The translations under genes were made by a program, and so were the position numbers. From Atopobium sp. (GTDB lineage: Bacteria > Actinomycetota > Coriobacteriia > Coriobacteriales > Atopobiaceae), in NCBI GenBank assembly GCA_018380095.1, contig JAGZUI010000001.1:172111-236110 (forward strand): a stretch of DNA of 64,000 nt, in the 5' to 3' direction. Positions within the stretch are counted from its first letter, which is position 1. Each line of letters starts with the position of its first letter. The notes beneath the pieces were generated by a model that was not told the origin of the DNA, did not search any database, and saw only the letters and a list, made by a program, of their open reading frames with translations. This document shows positions 59,894 to 64,000 of this stretch, piece after piece.

Positions 59894-62338
59894 TTAATCG
59901 TTTATATCAGCAGAAGAGCTATAAGTTGACTTTCCTCCCATTAATCTCACAACCAGGTCAAAGAATCGATCCTTTGTGTAGTTGTGGGTGTAACGCTCGG
60001 AAATTCTGTTGAAGATAATAACGGAAATCACCAAACAAATTGCCAAGTACGGCAAGATGCGTGGGGTGAGAGGTGCAATACGGAAGAAGTCCTGCGCTAC
60101 CGTGCATCCGCCAACAACAATGGCAATGCATACGACAAGAAGCGCAATGCGAAGCTTGGTAAGCGGCAAAGAGATTCTTCTCAGCAATGCAAAACCAACT
60201 GTTGCGGTGGTGATAAGCGCCATCGTAGATACCTGAGACAAATTGAGCTTAAACAGATGACCTGCAGTCATAAGGAGCGCAAGCGTGATGATAACCGCAA
60301 TAGAAGCTGGAAGTGACTTGCGCAAAATGTTGACCAAGAAGTTGCCCTTTACACGGTCGTGATTTGGCTCAAGCGCCAGCACAAACGATGGTAGGCCAAC
60401 GGTTGCAAATGAAAGCAGTGACATCTGAACAGGAATAAAAGGATACGGTGGCGCAATGATGCAATAGAGCGCAAGTGCTGCAGTGTAAACCGTCTTAACA
60501 AGAATGAGCGCAGCAGAGCGCTGAAGGTTATTGATAGAGCGCCTGCCCTCAGCAACAACTTCTGGCATGTGCGCAAAGTCATTATCTGCCAGAACAATCT
60601 CTGCAACGTTTCTAGCTGCGGCAGAACCTGAAGCAACAGAGATAGAGCAGTCCGACTGCCTCAGAGCCAGGATGTCGTTTACGCCGTCGCCGGTCATGGC
60701 AACGGTGTGGCCAAGATTCTGGAGTGCAATAACAAGCTCACGCTTCTGCTCTGGCGTAACGCGACCAAATACGTGGTACTTCTCGACAGCCGCAGCAATA
60801 TCTGCTTCTGTGTGCAGCGTAGTTGCGTCTACCCAACCGTCGGCATGAGGGACTCCCGCGCGCTCAGCAATAGCAGAGACAGTACGAGGGTCGTCGCCCG
60901 AAATAACGCGCAGGTCAACGCCTTGCTCAAGGAAGTACGCAATGGTTTGTGGAGCGGTCTCTCTAATCTGGTCTCTGAGTACCACATAACCCAAGAGCTG
61001 AGGTGTTCCCTGCAAAGCGTCGTTTTGATCAAAGCCATCAACACGGCAGGCAACCAGCACGCGTTCAATAGATACAAAGGCATCGGAGCCTGCAATTACA
61101 TCTGCCGCCTCAGGACCAAGCACAAACTGAGCTGCACCGATAACAAAAGCCTCTCCGTCCTCAGTCACACAGCCAGAGTACTTTCGCTTAGAAGAAAACG
61201 CCACAACGCGAGAAGGACGCTTGCTTTGAATCCCCTGCTTGGATGCATACGCAAGAATTGCTGTAGCCGTGTCGTTGGCATCATCTTTATTTGCGCCGAC
61301 AACATTTACAGCCGCTTGTAGAGCGCCTGCGGCCTCAGTAATTGGTGTAAACGAAGCATCCAAAACACGAGCAACTTCCATGTTTCCCGTGGTGATAGTG
61401 CCTGTCTTGTCCAAACAAAGGGTATCTACGCGTGCTAGCGTTTCAATGCAGTATTGCTGTTGAACCAAAACATTTTTCTGGCCGAGCCTAATGGTTGCAA
61501 TAGCAAGAACCGAGCTGGTGAGAAGAACAAGTCCTTGAGGAATCATGCCAATAACGGCAGCAATCATCGAAAGAAGCGCTTCATTTAAATCGGCGTTACC
61601 AATGAAATAGGTACGAACAAAAAGACCAATACCCAGCGGAATCAATGCAATGGAACCTGCGCGAATAATCGACTTAATGGTGGTAAGAATCTCTGAATTG
61701 ATCTCTTTTACAAACTTAGCTTCTGCGTTAATACGCGCAGCATAGCCTTCCTGACCTACACGGCATACCCTACCAACAAGACTGCCCCTCTCGACAAAAC
61801 TACCAGAGAGAAGCTCGTCTCCCGTGGTCTTTTGCACGGGCTCTGCCTCACCAGTTAGAAGGCTTTCATCAACGCTTACGTGCTCTGATACAAGAATACT
61901 GTCAGCAGGAATTTGATCGCCCGTCTTCAAGCGCACAAGATCATCGATGACAAGCTCGTCTGGTTTGATAAAGGTATCTTTTCCGTCACGAATTACACAA
62001 ACACTCTGAGCTGTCATAAGAGACAGGCGGTCAACCATGCGTTTTGCACGAATCTCTTGCACAATACCAATGACCAAGTTTGCAAGAACTACGCTCATGA
62101 ACAGTGCATTTCTGTACTGTCCCGTTACAACAACAAGCAGCGCCATCAAAACATTAACTATGTTAAAGAGCGTAAAGCTGTGCTCTGCAATAATCTGAGC
62201 AATAGATTTGGTTTTGACGTCTGTATTAGTATTGACTTTACCTGCAGATACTCTTTCTGCAACTTCTTTTGACGTCAAGCCTTCATACGCTTCTTCACAA
62301 CGTTTACTGCTCTTGCCTGCAGTATCTTGTAATGACAT
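59894..62338 (-). CDS. cation-transporting P-type ATPase (HAD-IC family, Ca2+/Mg2+-type)
   Basis: 814 aa; DKTGTIT phosphorylation motif, TGDGVNDILAL, 8-10 TM. Confidence 0.85.
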   Translation of the reverse strand: MSLQDTAGKSSKRCEEAYEGLTSKEVAERVSAGKVNTNTDVKTKSIAQIIAEHSFTLFNIVNVLMALLVVVTGQYRNALFMSVVLANLVIGIVQEIRAKRMVDRLSLMTAQSVCVIRDGKDTFIKPDELVIDDLVRLKTGDQIPADSILVSEHVSVDESLLTGEAEPVQKTTGDELLSGSFVERGSLVGRVCRVGQEGYAARINAEAKFVKEINSEILTTIKSIIRAGSIALIPLGIGLFVRTYFIGNADLNEALLSMIAAVIGMIPQGLVLLTSSVLAIATIRLGQKNVLVQQQYCIETLARVDTLCLDKTGTITTGNMEVARVLDASFTPITEAAGALQAAVNVVGANKDDANDTATAILAYASKQGIQSKRPSRVVAFSSKRKYSGCVTEDGEAFVIGAAQFVLGPEAADVIAGSDAFVSIERVLVACRVDGFDQNDALQGTPQLLGYVVLRDQIRETAPQTIAYFLEQGVDLRVISGDDPRTVSAIAERAGVPHADGWVDATTLHTEADIAAAVEKYHVFGRVTPEQKRELVIALQNLGHTVAMTGDGVNDILALRQSDCSISVASGSAAARNVAEIVLADNDFAHMPEVVAEGRRSINNLQRSAALILVKTVYTAALALYCIIAPPYPFIPVQMSLLSFATVGLPSFVLALEPNHDRVKGNFLVNILRKSLPASIAVIITLALLMTAGHLFKLNLSQVSTMALITTATVGFALLRRISLPLTKLRIALLVVCIAIVVGGCTVAQDFFRIAPLTPRILPYLAICLVISVIIFNRISERYTHNYTKDRFFDLVVRLMGGKSTYSSSADIND

Positions 62339-62378
62339 ATAAACAATCTCCAGTCAGTGATGGCCGGTTTTTTACACG

Positions 62379-62455
62379 TGGTGACCCCGGTGGGTTTCGA
62401 ACCCACGACCTTTTGCTCCGGAGGCAAACGCTCTAATCCACTGAGCTACGGAGTC
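62379..62455 (-). tRNA. tRNA-Arg (CCG), CCA encoded
   Basis: Manual fold: acceptor GACTCCG/CGGGGTC, anticodon stem TTTGC/GCAAA loop CTCCGGA, T loop TTCGAAA. Confidence 0.9.
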
Positions 62456-62525
62456 ATGGTGCATAAGTATACCCCAGCCTACTTACTGCCTTTTGTAACG
62501 GTTTGCGTAATTTTCTTCTGGTATT

Positions 62526-62543
62526 TTCCCATGCTAAAATGAA
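62526..62543 (+). promoter_or_regulatory. putative extended -10 promoter (TGcTAAAAT) for aroB
   Basis: TG-n-TAAAAT about 25 nt upstream of the GAGGAG RBS and ATG. Confidence 0.35.
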
Positions 62544-62566
62544 TTCAACCAGCAAATGAGGAGTTC

Positions 62567-63646
62567 ATGAATACTATTTCTGTTGACCTAACATCCGACT
62601 CATATCAAATTCATGTAGGGCATCACCTGCTTGCGCAGGCCGGTAAGCTCATTCATTCCTGCACCTCAGGGTCAAAGATTCTTGTAGTCACTCATCCAGA
62701 TTTGAACAAGCTCTACGGCTCTGAGCTTCTTACCTCGTTGGAGTCAGCTGGCTACTCCGTTACAACCGCCACAGTGTCCACAGGTGAGCACGCAAAATCA
62801 TTTGAGTCGTATCAAAAGCTGGTAAGCGTCCTTGCAGAAAACCGTTTTACGCGAGAAGACATTGTTGTGGCATTTGGCGGAGGTGTTATTGGTGATCTTG
62901 CGGGATTTGTTGCAGCAACCTACATGCGAGGTTGTGCGCTCGTACACATCCCCACCTCTCTTTTAGCGATGATTGACTCCTCAATTGGTGGAAAAACTGC
63001 TATTGACCTACCGTTTGGGAAAAATCTGGTTGGAGCCTTCTATAATCCCAAGGCCGTTATTGTTGACCTTGAACTGCTGAACTCTATTCCGACTCCCCTC
63101 TTGCAAGATAGCTGCGGAGAGCTTATTAAATATGGCGTTCTTTCTGGACATGAGCTCTTCAATAAAATCTCTTTGGCGAGAAACCCTGTGCAGGTCATCG
63201 ACGTGACGCATAGACAAGAGCTCATTCAAGAGTGCATTGAAATAAAGAAGACAATCGTTGAAGCAGACTTCAAAGAAGCAGGGTCTAGAAAATTGCTCAA
63301 TCTGGGCCATACACTTGGCCATGCTATTGAGACGCTCAGCAACTTTGAACTTGGACACGGCTCCTGTGTGGCTGCTGGAACTTCCCTGTTGGCAAAAGCC
63401 TGTTCCAAGCTTGGTCTTTGTTCTGTTGAAGACGCAGAGAACATCGCCGCGCTCACTCAAGCTTATAACCTTCCTACCAGCACTTCATTTACTGTGGAAG
63501 AACTTTACAGCGCAGCACTTCATGACAAGAAAAGCCACGCAAATTCAATTGATATGGCGCTTATCTATGGCATTGGTGATGTGCGTATTGAGCGCAAATC
63601 ATTTGCAGAACTTAAACAGCTGATTGAGCTAGCAAAAGAAGACTAA
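62567..63646 (+). CDS. aroB: 3-dehydroquinate synthase
   Basis: 359 aa; GGGVIGDLAGF and NLGHTLGHAIE motifs of the DHQS-like iron/zinc alcohol dehydrogenase superfamily. Confidence 0.75.
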   Translation: MNTISVDLTSDSYQIHVGHHLLAQAGKLIHSCTSGSKILVVTHPDLNKLYGSELLTSLESAGYSVTTATVSTGEHAKSFESYQKLVSVLAENRFTREDIVVAFGGGVIGDLAGFVAATYMRGCALVHIPTSLLAMIDSSIGGKTAIDLPFGKNLVGAFYNPKAVIVDLELLNSIPTPLLQDSCGELIKYGVLSGHELFNKISLARNPVQVIDVTHRQELIQECIEIKKTIVEADFKEAGSRKLLNLGHTLGHAIETLSNFELGHGSCVAAGTSLLAKACSKLGLCSVEDAENIAALTQAYNLPTSTSFTVEELYSAALHDKKSHANSIDMALIYGIGDVRIERKSFAELKQLIELAKED

Positions 63647-64000
63647 CGTCCTAGACGCTCCAGCTCTTCTGCAAGCTTACGTACTGACTCGTTTAAGGCA
63701 GTCTTGTCTTCAGCTAGGATATCGTTTTTGTTGAAGATGCCGTTAGCAGTTCCTACATAGGCATAACCGCCAGCAAATACTTCAGCAAGATTATCTGTTG
63801 TAACGCCACCAACCGCCATAAGAGGCAAGTTTCCTAAAGGCTCACATACCTTTTTGGCGTATCCATAACTAACCTCATTTGCGGGGAATACTTTGACAAT
63901 ATCTGCACCAAGAGCAAATGCATGAGCAATCTCTGTTGGCGTAAACGCTCCCGGAACACTCAAAATCTCATGCTCTTTGCAGTAGTCAAACATCTCTTCA
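63643..64000 (-). CDS. eda: KDPG/KHG aldolase (Eda family), C-terminal part; N-terminus lies beyond window end
   Basis: VPGAFTPTEIAHAFALGADIVKVFPA and Schiff-base region typical of Eda; ORF open to the window edge. Confidence 0.65.
   Translation of the reverse strand, partial: EEMFDYCKEHEILSVPGAFTPTEIAHAFALGADIVKVFPANEVSYGYAKKVCEPLGNLPLMAVGGVTTDNLAEVFAGGYAYVGTANGIFNKNDILAEDKTALNESVRKLAEELERLGR

Noticed and set aside
62339-62378. GGCCGG followed by TTTTTT on the plus strand upstream of tRNA-Arg, as a terminator
   Set aside because: No convincing stem could be formed and there is no upstream plus-strand gene to terminate.

Overview
This 64 kb window is almost entirely conserved core genome from a Gram-positive-type bacterium. 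It is probably an actinobacterium of the Coriobacteriia kind (low-confidence inference from gene order, LPXTG proteins, mreBCD plus PBP2/RodA, a TIGR03960-type radical SAM gene and roughly 50% GC). About 63 protein genes were called; all but two (dinB and aroB) are on the minus strand, which points to a leading-strand housekeeping region. I found no CRISPR array, IS element, prophage or recognisable defence system.

Recognisable blocks, from high to low coordinates on the minus strand:
- the Rod-complex operon mreB-mreC-mreD-mrdA(PBP2)-rodA, tightly chained to a hypothetical protein, a B12-binding radical SAM protein and its DUF2344 partner;
- rplU-rpmA;
- an ECF transporter module (S component, fused EcfA-A', EcfT) inserted between rpmA and obg;
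- obg-nadD-yqeK-rsfS;
- rpsP-KH-rimM-trmD-lepB-glyQ-glyS;
- ppdK preceded by a truncated regulatory-protein remnant;
- rplS, rnhB, yraN, comM/yifB, dprA, trmFO, xerC;
- rpsB-tsf-pyrH-frr-uppS-cdsA-dxr-rseP-ispG-proS;
- three tRNAs (Ala, Met, Val), each with its own terminator, and two small membrane proteins;
- a VOC-family enzyme;
- two tandem paralogous sortase-anchored surface proteins in a lower-GC accessory islet;
- an ABC-F ATPase, an M50 peptidase, scpA-scpB and a partial rluB-like pseudouridine synthase.

At the right end are a P-type ATPase, tRNA-Arg, aroB and a partial eda.

The most interesting signal is in the leader of the ECF S-component gene. A 20-codon ORF with a strong Shine-Dalgarno sequence contains three consecutive Trp codons (MRATCTQQWWWNNLSFSGQR) and is immediately followed by an intrinsic terminator. 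This is the architecture of a trp-type ribosome-mediated attenuator, and it suggests a tryptophan-regulated, possibly tryptophan-importing, ECF transporter.

Secondary points:
- a ~60-nt inverted-repeat element duplicated 3' of each adhesin gene, one copy of which occludes the TTG start of the ABC-F gene;
- a PDRP gene cut down to its N-terminal domain next to ppdK;
- the Rod operon apparently co-transcribed with the radical SAM module;
- a candidate SOS box at dinB;
- several start-codon corrections (ppdK, pyrH, rpsP, yraN, ecfT).
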